Shown here: piece after piece, positions 25,521-34,499 of the stretch
Numbering within the stretch: position 1 is the first letter of the stretch
How the letters are laid out: each line of letters begins with the position of its first letter
NCBI GenBank assembly: GCA_018401015.1
Contig: JAGYLP010000009.1
Location: 11,599-75,598 of the forward strand
Direction of reading: 5' to 3'
Source of the DNA: Bacteroidales bacterium
GTDB lineage: Bacteria > Bacteroidota > Bacteroidia > Bacteroidales > M50B96
DNA: 64,000 nucleotides
The notes under the pieces: model-generated
Told to the model about the DNA's origin: nothing
Database searches by the model: none
What the model saw: only the letters and a program-made list of their open reading frames with translations
Translations under genes and position numbers: made by a program

Positions 25521-26462
25521 TTAATACAGGTATCGAGTAACCTGACCAGCCTCTACCATAATGAAGCGGAAAATAATTCCACCAAGCAAAATCAAAGCTG
25601 CTGGAATTGCGACCGGAATATGACGGCCACTTAACTCAATAATCTCCAAACTAGCAGGAACAATCAACCCAATCCCAACTACGAAAACCCAAAAGGAGAA
25701 GGTAAATTGCCCTCCCAGGAAATACTTAGCTGCCTCAATCTGCACCTCGGTACTGGCCAAGAATCCCATGAACAAATGAATGATAAAAAACAACTCGATG
25801 GCAATCAACATTAAGTCGATTTGCGAAAAGAGTTTCCGCTCTTTAGCATCCTTGCTTAACCACATGATGCTCGCAGCACCGGTCGATAATCCACTAACCA
25901 AAAACAGTGGGCCTAAAATGGAGGTATTCCACAACGGACGAGCATTAAATGCCGATAAAAGAATACCTGTATAAACTCCCAGAATGATTGAAAAAATCAA
26001 TATAATCCAGGCAAGACCTTGTTTATTTTTCTGCAACCAGGCTTCCAATTGAATCACCAGTTTAAACTTCCAGTCCCAATTGGGGAAGAAATCTTTAATG
26101 TGAAGGGCAACCCACACAAAGGACAATGGCGTTACAACCATGAGGGTCCATGCACCCCACGACATTGGTGAATCGAAACGAATGGTGGTATAGAGTTGCC
26201 AAAAGAATAGCTTGTGTTTTAAATCTAAGAACAAGGCAAACAAGCCTAAAACCAGGGCAAAGGGCGCAATAACCGGTGCAATCCTAACCGCCGTTTTATA
26301 CTTATCCTCTTTTCCCAGCACTGTGTAGAGGGAGGCAAAAAATAGCAGTCCTGCCGCAAGACCACCTAAGAAAAGATACACCGGTATTTGCCAATGCCAA
26401 ATATGCAGCACCGGATCGATGTTCAAATTAGCGCGTCCACTAATAAATAATTCTTCTTTCAT
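25521..26462 (-). CDS. NrfD/PsrC-type integral membrane quinol-interacting subunit
   Basis: 313 aa, about 8 TM helices. The N-terminus WHWQIPVYLFLGGLAAGL is typical of the NrfD/PsrC family. Located downstream of the A and B subunits. Confidence 0.85.
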   Translation of the reverse strand: MKEELFISGRANLNIDPVLHIWHWQIPVYLFLGGLAAGLLFFASLYTVLGKEDKYKTAVRIAPVIAPFALVLGLFALFLDLKHKLFFWQLYTTIRFDSPMSWGAWTLMVVTPLSFVWVALHIKDFFPNWDWKFKLVIQLEAWLQKNKQGLAWIILIFSIILGVYTGILLSAFNARPLWNTSILGPLFLVSGLSTGAASIMWLSKDAKERKLFSQIDLMLIAIELFFIIHLFMGFLASTEVQIEAAKYFLGGQFTFSFWVFVVGIGLIVPASLEIIELSGRHIPVAIPAALILLGGIIFRFIMVEAGQVTRYLY

Positions 26463-26571
26463 AGCATTCAGTTTTTCTCAATCCTTCTATTTATTGAAAC
26501 AAGGCAAAGTGAGGATTCAATTTCGTTGAAAGCGACTCGCTTCGACCCGAAAAAGGTTAACCTCCCATTTG

Positions 26572-27105
26572 TCAGATTAAATAATATACCATGGGTTTCG
26601 TTCCAGCTTCGGGTGCTAAAACCTTGTACTTGCGTGTTTTTAGCATTCTGGAAACATCGGAATTTTCATCATCCAGGTCGCCGAAATACATACAATTCGT
26701 TGGGCAAACCGACACACAGGCAGGCTTTTGTCCTTTTTCCACTCGATGATAGCAGAAAGTACATTTATCTACATAACCTTCCGGGTGGGAATACCTTGCA
26801 TCGTAAGGACAAGATTGTATGCAGGCACCACAACCAATGCATTCGTTGTGATAAACGGCCACAATACCACCTTCCTTATAATGGCTCGCTCCGGTAGGAC
26901 AAGCTCGCACACAAGGCGAATTATCGCAATGATTGCAACGCTCCGAACGAAGCTCAATCTCTAACTGTGGATAAGTACCATCTACTGCTTCGACAATCCA
27001 ATCGCGGCAATACCCTATCGGTACGTTATTTTCTGTCTGACAAGCGACCACACAATCGCTACATCCCACACATTTCAGGGTATCAATGGCCATTGCATAT
27101 CTCAT
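26572..27105 (-). CDS. 4Fe-4S ferredoxin-type electron-transfer subunit (PsrB/DmsB family)
   Basis: 177 aa with four Cys clusters (CVGCSDCVVAC, CNHCDNSPCVRAC, CIGCGACIQSCP, CTFC...CVSVCP). Its start overlaps the psrA-like stop in ATGA. AGGAGG lies 8 nt upstream. Confidence 0.9.
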   Translation of the reverse strand: MRYAMAIDTLKCVGCSDCVVACQTENNVPIGYCRDWIVEAVDGTYPQLEIELRSERCNHCDNSPCVRACPTGASHYKEGGIVAVYHNECIGCGACIQSCPYDARYSHPEGYVDKCTFCYHRVEKGQKPACVSVCPTNCMYFGDLDDENSDVSRMLKTRKYKVLAPEAGTKPMVYYLI

Positions 27106-29345
27106 AAGGCAACCTCCTCTTTACTACTTGGTTTTTCAACATGAAACGTAACAAAATTTCCACGCATGCCGGTTCCACCCATGATCGGGTCGACCATCAC
27201 ATTGGTTATCATTTGTGTATCGCTGGCTCCTCGACCATAAGCACGGGTTAGTTGTTTATTGCTGTGCCCAAAACCATGAACCATGTACACCGAATCCCAG
27301 CGAATTCGTTCGGTAACTCGAACTTTAATGGGGAAGGATGATACTACTCCATCCTGATTCTCCAACCAAATGGGCTGTTCGTTCTTTAATCCCCATTGCT
27401 TCGCAACTTTTGGATTAATCCATATCTTGTTCTCATCCATCAAATCGGTTAGATTCGGATTGTTCGCTGTACGACTGAACGTGTGCATGGGAGCCCGACC
27501 ATAAATAAGTCGGTAAAAACCGGCAGGTGGCTCCGGATGTTTCGTATAAACCGGCATCGGATCAAAACCTTCTCGCTCCAATTCAGTCGAATACAATTCA
27601 ATTTTACCCGAATTGGTATTAAACTGTGGAACTTCACCTTCACGGAAGTATAAATCATCAAATTCACGATCGAAAGACTTGACTCCCACAACCTTCATTT
27701 CTTCCAGGCTCGATCCAACTTGGCGTAACTGCCAATCGAGCAGCTCCTCATGCGACTCATAATTAAAGTACTCGCTTAATCCAACCTTGTGAGCCAATTG
27801 ACGAGCCATCCATTCTGCTGGTTTACAATCCCAACGAGGCTCGGCGGCGGGCATACGAAGGGCCATTTGAGGAATCCGATGGGGGGAAACCCGAATTTCA
27901 TCGTAACGCTCCAAATAAGTACATTCAGGCAATACCACATCGGCATAGCCGGTTATGGCCATCGGCATGGTATCAATTACAACCACTAATTCCAACTGAT
28001 TCAAAGCTGCTTCCGTTAATTTTTTGTCGGGCAAGGTCTCTATCAGGTTCGTACCATTAATAAACCAGGCTTTGTAGGTAAAATCGCGTTCAATATTAAT
28101 CGTACTGGCTTCGCAAATACCATTCGATAAAAAGGTATCGGCTAAATTATATTTGCCTTGATGCGCATCCGATTTGGTTTTCTTTGGTTTAGGATACTTC
28201 GGACCGGGGAATTTCGGAAGCTTGAACTTTTCAGGAATATAAAAACCGCCTCTTCGACCCCAGGCACCCAAGAGTGCATTCAAAATAGCCACTCCTCTCA
28301 TCCGCTGGGTATCATCGCCATACCAGGTTACATGTCGGCCTGGATGAACGATTACCGAAGGGGAAGCTTTGGCCATTTCATAGGCCGATTTTCGAATTAA
28401 ATCGGGCTTAATCGTGGTAATGCCATAGGCCCACTCCGGTGTGTTATTTTTAACATGAGCTTTCAATTGCTCAAATCCTATCGTATTTTGCTCAACGTAT
28501 TCCTTATCATACAATTCCTCGTAAATAATGACATGAATCCATGCGAGAAGCAGAGCAATATCGGTAGCAGGCTTAATGGGTAGCCAATACTTCGATTTAG
28601 AGGCCGCCGTTGAAAAGCGAGGATCGACAGTGATAATGGTGGCTCCTTTGTCGATGGCTTGCGACATTTCTTGTACCTGACCATTATGCATGTTTTCACC
28701 TAAATGTGAACCAATTAAAACTAAACATTGAGTATCGCGAATATCCAGGGGTTCTGGAGAGCCTAATTGAGAACCGAAGGTAACATTGAAGGCTACTTCA
28801 CGTGGACCTCTACACTGTGCATAAGAAGGTGCGGTGATACTTGCGGACCCGAAGGCTTTCAGCAAATGACCAAAATAAGTTCCACCAGAACCGTGTGAAA
28901 ACAAGGCAATCGATTCAGGACCCCATTTATCGGAAATCTCCTGCATACGTTTAGCAATAAAGCTTAATGCCTCGTCCCAACTAGCCTTTCGGTAGCGTTG
29001 AACTCCATCGACCGTCTCTCTTATTAAAGGTGTTTTGAGTCGATCATCATCATAATACATTCCAACTCCACCCGTACCTCTCGGACAAAAGCGGCCGTTG
29101 CTGTGTAAATCGTCTTCATTCCCTTCTATCTTCCATAATTCTCCCTGCTCGTTTGTATAAGCCCATCCGGCGCATTTCCAAAAGCAAATCTCACAATACG
29201 TTGGAAAACGCTTTGCTTTCGAATCGTCCATCGGCTCCTTGTTCTTCATGAAGTCGGGAAGCCATCCAAAAACAGGTTTTGTAATCGCTAATGCACCGGC
29301 TCCTAATGCCGATATTTTGATAAAATCCCTCCTATTCGTTGCCAT
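27102..29345 (-). CDS. Tat-exported molybdopterin oxidoreductase catalytic subunit (polysulfide/thiosulfate/tetrathionate reductase-like, PsrA/PhsA family)
   Basis: The track ORF runs to 29432, but the preferred start is the ATG at 29345. That start gives the twin-arginine signal MATNRRDFIKISALGAGALA, and a TATCTTTG -7 box sits 40 nt upstream, inside the longer ORF. N-terminal FeS motif CEICFWKC...CPRG. Length is ~747 aa. Substrate cannot be assigned from sequence alone. Confidence 0.85.
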   Translation of the reverse strand: MATNRRDFIKISALGAGALAITKPVFGWLPDFMKNKEPMDDSKAKRFPTYCEICFWKCAGWAYTNEQGELWKIEGNEDDLHSNGRFCPRGTGGVGMYYDDDRLKTPLIRETVDGVQRYRKASWDEALSFIAKRMQEISDKWGPESIALFSHGSGGTYFGHLLKAFGSASITAPSYAQCRGPREVAFNVTFGSQLGSPEPLDIRDTQCLVLIGSHLGENMHNGQVQEMSQAIDKGATIITVDPRFSTAASKSKYWLPIKPATDIALLLAWIHVIIYEELYDKEYVEQNTIGFEQLKAHVKNNTPEWAYGITTIKPDLIRKSAYEMAKASPSVIVHPGRHVTWYGDDTQRMRGVAILNALLGAWGRRGGFYIPEKFKLPKFPGPKYPKPKKTKSDAHQGKYNLADTFLSNGICEASTINIERDFTYKAWFINGTNLIETLPDKKLTEAALNQLELVVVIDTMPMAITGYADVVLPECTYLERYDEIRVSPHRIPQMALRMPAAEPRWDCKPAEWMARQLAHKVGLSEYFNYESHEELLDWQLRQVGSSLEEMKVVGVKSFDREFDDLYFREGEVPQFNTNSGKIELYSTELEREGFDPMPVYTKHPEPPAGFYRLIYGRAPMHTFSRTANNPNLTDLMDENKIWINPKVAKQWGLKNEQPIWLENQDGVVSSFPIKVRVTERIRWDSVYMVHGFGHSNKQLTRAYGRGASDTQMITNVMVDPIMGGTGMRGNFVTFHVEKPSSKEEVAL

Positions 29346-29384
29346 AGTTGATCTTTTTATGAACCGTTTCAATAATTTCCGACT

Positions 29385-29392
29385 CAAAGATA
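29385..29392 (-). promoter_or_regulatory. -7 promoter box (TATCTTTG on the minus strand) for the psr-like operon
   Basis: Exact TAnnTTTG, 40 nt upstream of the Tat-signal ATG at 29345. Confidence 0.5.
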
Positions 29393-29674
29393 CTTTAATA
29401 TGAAATGGCCGTAACCAAGGCGGAAATGTCATCCAGCAGGTTACATCTCAACACGCTCCACACTACCACATGAAACCCTAATAATCAAACCATTAAACAC
29501 TAATAAGAACAAATCTAAATATCTAGATATGTTGCAAATCATACTTCAAACTAAAACCGATCAGGAATAAGCTAAATTCGGTCGCTTATGATTTAACCCG
29601 TTAAAAATTTGTTTTGATTCGAGGCTTTTACTTTACTTTGCGCGAATTTTTAATAAACCAACAGCCATCATTTT

Positions 29675-32011
29675 ATGAGTGAACAAAACCTCGTCATAGT
29701 GGAGTCCCCAGCCAAGGCTAAGACGATCGAACAGTTTTTAGGACCCGATTTTTTGGTTAAATCGAGCTTTGGTCATATTCGGGATTTGTCAAAAAAGAAA
29801 CTGGGAATCGATTTAGACAAAAACTATCAACCACTATACGAAGTATCTTCCGATAAGAAAAAAGTAGTAGCGGAACTGAATAAACTGAGTAAAAAAGCGA
29901 AGACAGTTTGGCTAGCCTCCGATGAAGACCGCGAAGGAGAAGCCATTGCATGGCACCTTTTTGAAACCCTCGAACTTTCGGAAGAAAAAACCAAACGAAT
30001 CGTATTCCACGAAATTACCAAACAGGCCATTCTTCACGCAGTAGAAAACCCCCGGCAAATCGATTACAACTTGGTCAAGGCTCAACAAGCACGCAGAGTT
30101 CTCGATCGATTGGTGGGTTTTGAGTTATCGCCGCTCTTGTGGAAAAAGATCAAACCGAGTTTATCGGCAGGGCGGGTACAATCGGTTGCAGTACGAATAC
30201 TGGTAGAGCGCGAAAGGGAAATTAACGGTTTCGTTCCGGAACATTTTTTCAAGATCGTGGCTGAATTCATCGATCCAAAAAGCAATCAATCTTTCAAAGC
30301 TGAACTTAATCAGCGTTTTCAGACCAAAGAAGAGACCGAACAATTCCTGGAAGCTTGTAAGTCTGCTCAATTTTCCGTTCAGGAAATTTCTACCAAACCA
30401 GGAAAAAAATCACCTTCAGCACCATTTACTACCTCTACACTACAACAAGAAGCCTCCAGAAAATTAGGGTTTTCGGTGGCTCAAACAATGTCGGTTGCTC
30501 AAAAACTTTATGAATCCGGACAAATCACCTACATGCGTACCGATTCATTTAACCTTTCCTCGCTGGCGATTAATACAGCCAAAGCGACAATCATCTCCGA
30601 GTATGGTGAAAAATACTCACAACCAAGAAAATACGCTACCAAATCGAAAGGAGCTCAGGAAGCTCACGAAGCAATCCGACCAACCTACATGGAAAACAAA
30701 ACGGCCAAAGGTGGACGGCAAGAACAAAGACTCTATGACCTAATTCGAAAACGAACGCTTGCTTCGCAAATGAGCGATGCTCTCCTTGAAAAAACCAATA
30801 TTCACATTGCCATTTCTAATCGACCGGAAAAATTCCTGGCTAGTGGCGAAGTGATTCTTTTCGATGGATTTTTAAAAACCTATTTTGAATCGACCGATGA
30901 GGAACAAGACAACCTGAAATCCTTCGACGAAAGCGGACTCTTACCTGCGGTAAAAGCCAATGAAGCCCTCGATATGAATTCGATGCTTGCGACCGAGCGG
31001 TTTACTCAACGGCCAGCCCGATACACAGAGGCAAGCCTTGTAAAACGCCTGGAAGAATTAGGAATCGGCCGACCCTCAACTTATGCTCCAACTATTTCAA
31101 CCGTGCAAAACCGGGGTTACGTTGTTAAAGAAGACCGTCCGGGTATTTCGCGCGATTATTTACAATATCAACTTGAAGCGGGAAATATCCGCTTAGAAAC
31201 AAAAACAGAAACCGTTGGAAATGAAAAAGCGAAGCTCTTTCCAACCGATATTGGCATGGTTGTGAATGATTTCCTAATGGAACATTTTTCCGAAATCATG
31301 GATTATCACTTTACAGCAAACGTGGAAAAAAACTTCGACGAAATAGCCGAGGGTGACATGGAATGGACTAAAATGATCGACAACTTCTATCGTCCTTTTC
31401 ATAAACAGGTAGATGTTACCGAGAAAAATTCAAGCCCGGAAAATGGCCGCCGGCTCTTAGGCGATGACCCTAAAACAGGTAAGCCAGTCTATGCTCGAAT
31501 TGGTCGTTATGGCCCCATAGTTCAAATTGGCGACAACGACAAGGATTCGAATGAAAAACCACAATATGCAAGCATTAAGAAAGATCAGTCGATCGAAACC
31601 ATTACCCTCGAAGAGGCGCTTTTACTTTTCAAATTGCCCCGCAATTTGGGTTCTTACGAGAACTACACCGTAAGCGTGTCAATTGGTCGATTTGGTCCTT
31701 ACATTAAACACAATAATAAATTCTATTCGCTTCGCAAAGACATCGACGATCCGTATAGCATTGAATTAGAGCCAGCCATTGAATTAATGGAAGAGAAGAG
31801 GAAGGCCGACCGCGAAAAACTCATTAAAAGTTTCGACAACGAAGGCGACCCGATCATCCTCAATGGACGCTGGGGTCCCTATATCAGCTATCAGAAAAAG
31901 AACTATAAAATTCCGAAAGACACCGATCCGAAAGGACTCAGTCTCGACGATTGCATGAAACTGATTGAAGCTGGTAGCAAAGCAGCTCCCAAAAGAAAGA
32001 AGAAAGCCTAA
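29675..32011 (+). CDS. topA: DNA topoisomerase I
   Basis: 778 aa. TOPRIM LVIVESPAKAKTI, SDEDREGEAIAWH, active-site region ITYMRTDS, Lys-rich C-terminus. Confidence 0.97.
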   Translation: MSEQNLVIVESPAKAKTIEQFLGPDFLVKSSFGHIRDLSKKKLGIDLDKNYQPLYEVSSDKKKVVAELNKLSKKAKTVWLASDEDREGEAIAWHLFETLELSEEKTKRIVFHEITKQAILHAVENPRQIDYNLVKAQQARRVLDRLVGFELSPLLWKKIKPSLSAGRVQSVAVRILVEREREINGFVPEHFFKIVAEFIDPKSNQSFKAELNQRFQTKEETEQFLEACKSAQFSVQEISTKPGKKSPSAPFTTSTLQQEASRKLGFSVAQTMSVAQKLYESGQITYMRTDSFNLSSLAINTAKATIISEYGEKYSQPRKYATKSKGAQEAHEAIRPTYMENKTAKGGRQEQRLYDLIRKRTLASQMSDALLEKTNIHIAISNRPEKFLASGEVILFDGFLKTYFESTDEEQDNLKSFDESGLLPAVKANEALDMNSMLATERFTQRPARYTEASLVKRLEELGIGRPSTYAPTISTVQNRGYVVKEDRPGISRDYLQYQLEAGNIRLETKTETVGNEKAKLFPTDIGMVVNDFLMEHFSEIMDYHFTANVEKNFDEIAEGDMEWTKMIDNFYRPFHKQVDVTEKNSSPENGRRLLGDDPKTGKPVYARIGRYGPIVQIGDNDKDSNEKPQYASIKKDQSIETITLEEALLLFKLPRNLGSYENYTVSVSIGRFGPYIKHNNKFYSLRKDIDDPYSIELEPAIELMEEKRKADREKLIKSFDNEGDPIILNGRWGPYISYQKKNYKIPKDTDPKGLSLDDCMKLIEAGSKAAPKRKKKA

Positions 32012-32095
32012 GAAAATCGGGCTCCTCATTGAACGCCTCTCCCGGATTTTGTTGACACCTGCTGATAACTTAGTCCTGAAGAGGCGTTCTTTGTT

Positions 32096-33283
32096 TTGGA
32101 TGGGAAGTTATCTTTGTCTTCAAAAAAAGTGGACGACTTAATCAACTTAAAGCAGCAGTTTCTTACCGACAACAACGACTTTTTACTGGAGGAAAGTTTC
32201 CCTCCGGGGACCTTTGGCCATCTCTTCACCAAGAATAAAAACACTTCCAAACAACTACCCCACTTCGTCCTGGTGGGGCTCAATGAGCTTCGAGGTTCAT
32301 CGCTGCAGGCTGGCATTCCGAACCCTGCGCCCATTCGGCGTCAACTTTATCGGCTCTACCTCCCGCAATCACCCATACGAATTGAAGATTGGGGGTACCT
32401 ACAATCAGGGAAAACCCTCACCGACACGCAGCACGCGCTCCAAATGGTAACTGAAATCCTCTTGAAGCATGAAATACAGGTTATTTATTATGGAGGAGGT
32501 CATCATCTCACCTACGGACAGTTCCTCGGGTTAAAACAGTCGCCCCACCCGGTTTCTCTGGCAGTAATTGATTCCAAAATCAATCTTAAGCTTTCCAAGA
32601 ATCTCACTGCGACGAGTTTTCTTAGTAAACTAGTGAGCGAACAAGGAGAACACCTTTTCAACTTAAGCGTGTTGGGAGTTCAGCGCTACCTGTTCTCACA
32701 AAAAGAATCCGATTTAATGGAGAAATTATTTTTCGACTTGGTTCGTTTAGGTGAATTGAGAGAAAACTTATCTCAGGCCGAACCTTATTTGCGCGACAGC
32801 GAATTAATCAGCATCGACCTGGGTGCTGTAAAACATAGCGATGCTCCCGGCGTTCCGGAAACCTCTGTTAATGGATTTCATTCCGAAGAAATTTGTCAGA
32901 TAGCCTGGTATGCAGGAAACAGCGACAAAGCGAAAATCATTGGTTTACATGAATTTGAACCGGGGAACGACCACAACGATCTCAGCGCTCAGCTAGCCGC
33001 TCAAATCATTTGGCACGTAATCGATGGCAAAGCCAATTATCTCTTGACGGAATCGGAACGAAAAAAGAAAGATTCTAAATCCATTTATGAACTTGATGTT
33101 TTGAACCATAAGATTACATTTGTACACGATGAAAGGGACCAAAAGTGGTGGATGGAAATCCCGGCAGGCCGAGCAATGAATCAAGATCTGTTGTTGGTTG
33201 CTTGTTCAGAAACCGACTATCACACTGCCAGGAAAGGAGAAGTACCCGATCGCTGGTGGAAGCTATTTCAGCGATTAAGCTAG
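32096..33283 (+). CDS. Arginase/formimidoylglutamase-fold protein with degenerate metal-binding motifs (start uncertain)
   Basis: 395 aa from a TTG. Arginase-family landmarks are recognisable but substituted: GGGHHLTY (vs GGDHS), AVIDSKINL (vs DAH.D), SIDLGAVKHSDAPGV (vs S.D.D..DP..APG). A TATCTTTG box at 32109-32116 lies inside the track ORF, so the true start may be the GTG at 32129 or later. Confidence 0.65.
   Translation: MDGKLSLSSKKVDDLINLKQQFLTDNNDFLLEESFPPGTFGHLFTKNKNTSKQLPHFVLVGLNELRGSSLQAGIPNPAPIRRQLYRLYLPQSPIRIEDWGYLQSGKTLTDTQHALQMVTEILLKHEIQVIYYGGGHHLTYGQFLGLKQSPHPVSLAVIDSKINLKLSKNLTATSFLSKLVSEQGEHLFNLSVLGVQRYLFSQKESDLMEKLFFDLVRLGELRENLSQAEPYLRDSELISIDLGAVKHSDAPGVPETSVNGFHSEEICQIAWYAGNSDKAKIIGLHEFEPGNDHNDLSAQLAAQIIWHVIDGKANYLLTESERKKKDSKSIYELDVLNHKITFVHDERDQKWWMEIPAGRAMNQDLLLVACSETDYHTARKGEVPDRWWKLFQRLS
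32109..32116 (+). promoter_or_regulatory. Candidate -7 box TATCTTTG inside the 5' end of the annotated arginase-fold ORF
   Basis: Exact TAnnTTTG, the same octamer as upstream of pgk and (on the minus strand) the psr-like operon. It follows a terminator-like inverted repeat at 32031-32089. Confidence 0.35.
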
Positions 33284-33549
33284 GCTCCAATTGCGTTTGC
33301 GAAAGCACCTTAACGAAAGAAGTCCATATAATTTCGCTTCGGTTTATTCGTTTGAAACCTTGGATTAGGAATCTGAAAAGAAGTTGCCAAAGCCATCAAA
33401 AGGGTAAAAACTACACCTCCCAAACATCGGCTAATGGCTTATTTTACTAAGTTTTTAGCAATTTTTATTATTTGTTGTTAAGAAATATTTTTATTTATTT
33501 TAGCGCTTTGTAATTTGGTCACAAGCAGTATTGAGAAAAATAAGACAGA

Positions 33550-34491
33550 ATGAAAAAATTAATTGCAGTTGTTTTTTGCAGTTTGTTCACCTTGCCTATC
33601 CTGGCTCAGCACGACCCTCAGTTTAGTTTGAATCAGTTCAACATGCCGGCTATTAGCCCGGCAGTAGTTGGTTTGGAAAATGGAGTCTCTGCATCAGCCC
33701 TCATTCGCGAACAATGGATTGGCATCGAAGGAAGACCTTCCACTCGCGTCTTTAATGTGAATTCAATACTGCCCTGGGACGCTCAGGCTCTGGGAGCCGG
33801 CTTTACCATTATGCAAGATGAGCTAGGATTCTCAAAAAATATCGGAATGGAATTAGCCCTTGCTCCTCATTTTGAGGTAGCAGGTGGCATACTGAGCGTA
33901 GGTTTAGGACTCGGTTTCAATAACCAATCATTCAATAATGTTGAATGGAGTACTGCGGGTGGTTCTTTACCTTCCACCGATCCACTCATCCCGAAAGATG
34001 AAAGCGTACTCGTTTTCGATTTAAGCGCCGGAGTTCACTACAAAGCCCAGGATTTCTATCTTGGCGTAGCAGCCCGCCACCTCAATGGACCAACACTCGA
34101 ATACAACGAAAATTCCTCCAGCTTCCTCAAACAAAACTTTTACATCAACGGAGGATACCACTACACCCTCCCAAACCCCTTGTTTGAAATCACTCCCTCT
34201 GTTTTCATCAAAAGCGACCTCACCGCACACCAAATCGATTTCAATGCAGTTTTAGAATATAACAAACAGTTCTGGGGTGGCGTAAGCTACCGAATGAGCG
34301 ATGCCTACGTAGCCATGTTTGGGGTTAACCTAATTAATGGCATATCGGTTGGGATGGCCTGGGATTTCCCAGCCAACGCGCTCGGAACATACGCCGCTGG
34401 TTCTGTTGAATTTTTTGGCCGGTATGTATTCGACTTAGGCTTAGAGTCCGGACCAACGAGAGGTACTTCTATCTTGAATAGAGGCCGATAA
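33550..34491 (+). CDS. porP: T9SS membrane protein, PorP/SprF family
   Basis: 313 aa. Signal peptide, then QHDPQFSLNQFNMPAISPA (the characteristic QQDP.FSQY-like start). Beta-barrel-like alternating pattern. Immediately upstream of gldK, as in the porPKLMN arrangement. Confidence 0.85.
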   Translation: MKKLIAVVFCSLFTLPILAQHDPQFSLNQFNMPAISPAVVGLENGVSASALIREQWIGIEGRPSTRVFNVNSILPWDAQALGAGFTIMQDELGFSKNIGMELALAPHFEVAGGILSVGLGLGFNNQSFNNVEWSTAGGSLPSTDPLIPKDESVLVFDLSAGVHYKAQDFYLGVAARHLNGPTLEYNENSSSFLKQNFYINGGYHYTLPNPLFEITPSVFIKSDLTAHQIDFNAVLEYNKQFWGGVSYRMSDAYVAMFGVNLINGISVGMAWDFPANALGTYAAGSVEFFGRYVFDLGLESGPTRGTSILNRGR

Positions 34492-34499
34492 ACTTAGTA

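Noticed and set aside
26526-26897. A 123-aa plus-strand ORF spanning the psrB/psrC gap and part of psrB.
   Set aside because: It is antisense to a gene with four canonical FeS Cys clusters and has no recognisable features. The 109-nt gap itself shows no convincing small gene.
29346-29432. A 29-codon N-terminal extension of the PsrA-like ORF (MTFPPWLRPFHIKVSLSRKLLKRFIKRST).
   Set aside because: The Met at 29345 starts a textbook twin-arginine signal, and an exact -7 promoter box (29385-29392) lies within the extension. The longest-ORF start is therefore very unlikely to be used.
32026-32334. A 102-aa minus-strand ORF overlapping the topA/arginase-fold junction.
   Set aside because: It is antisense to the arginase-fold gene, has a Ser/Lys/Phe-rich low-complexity product, and spans a terminator-like inverted repeat.
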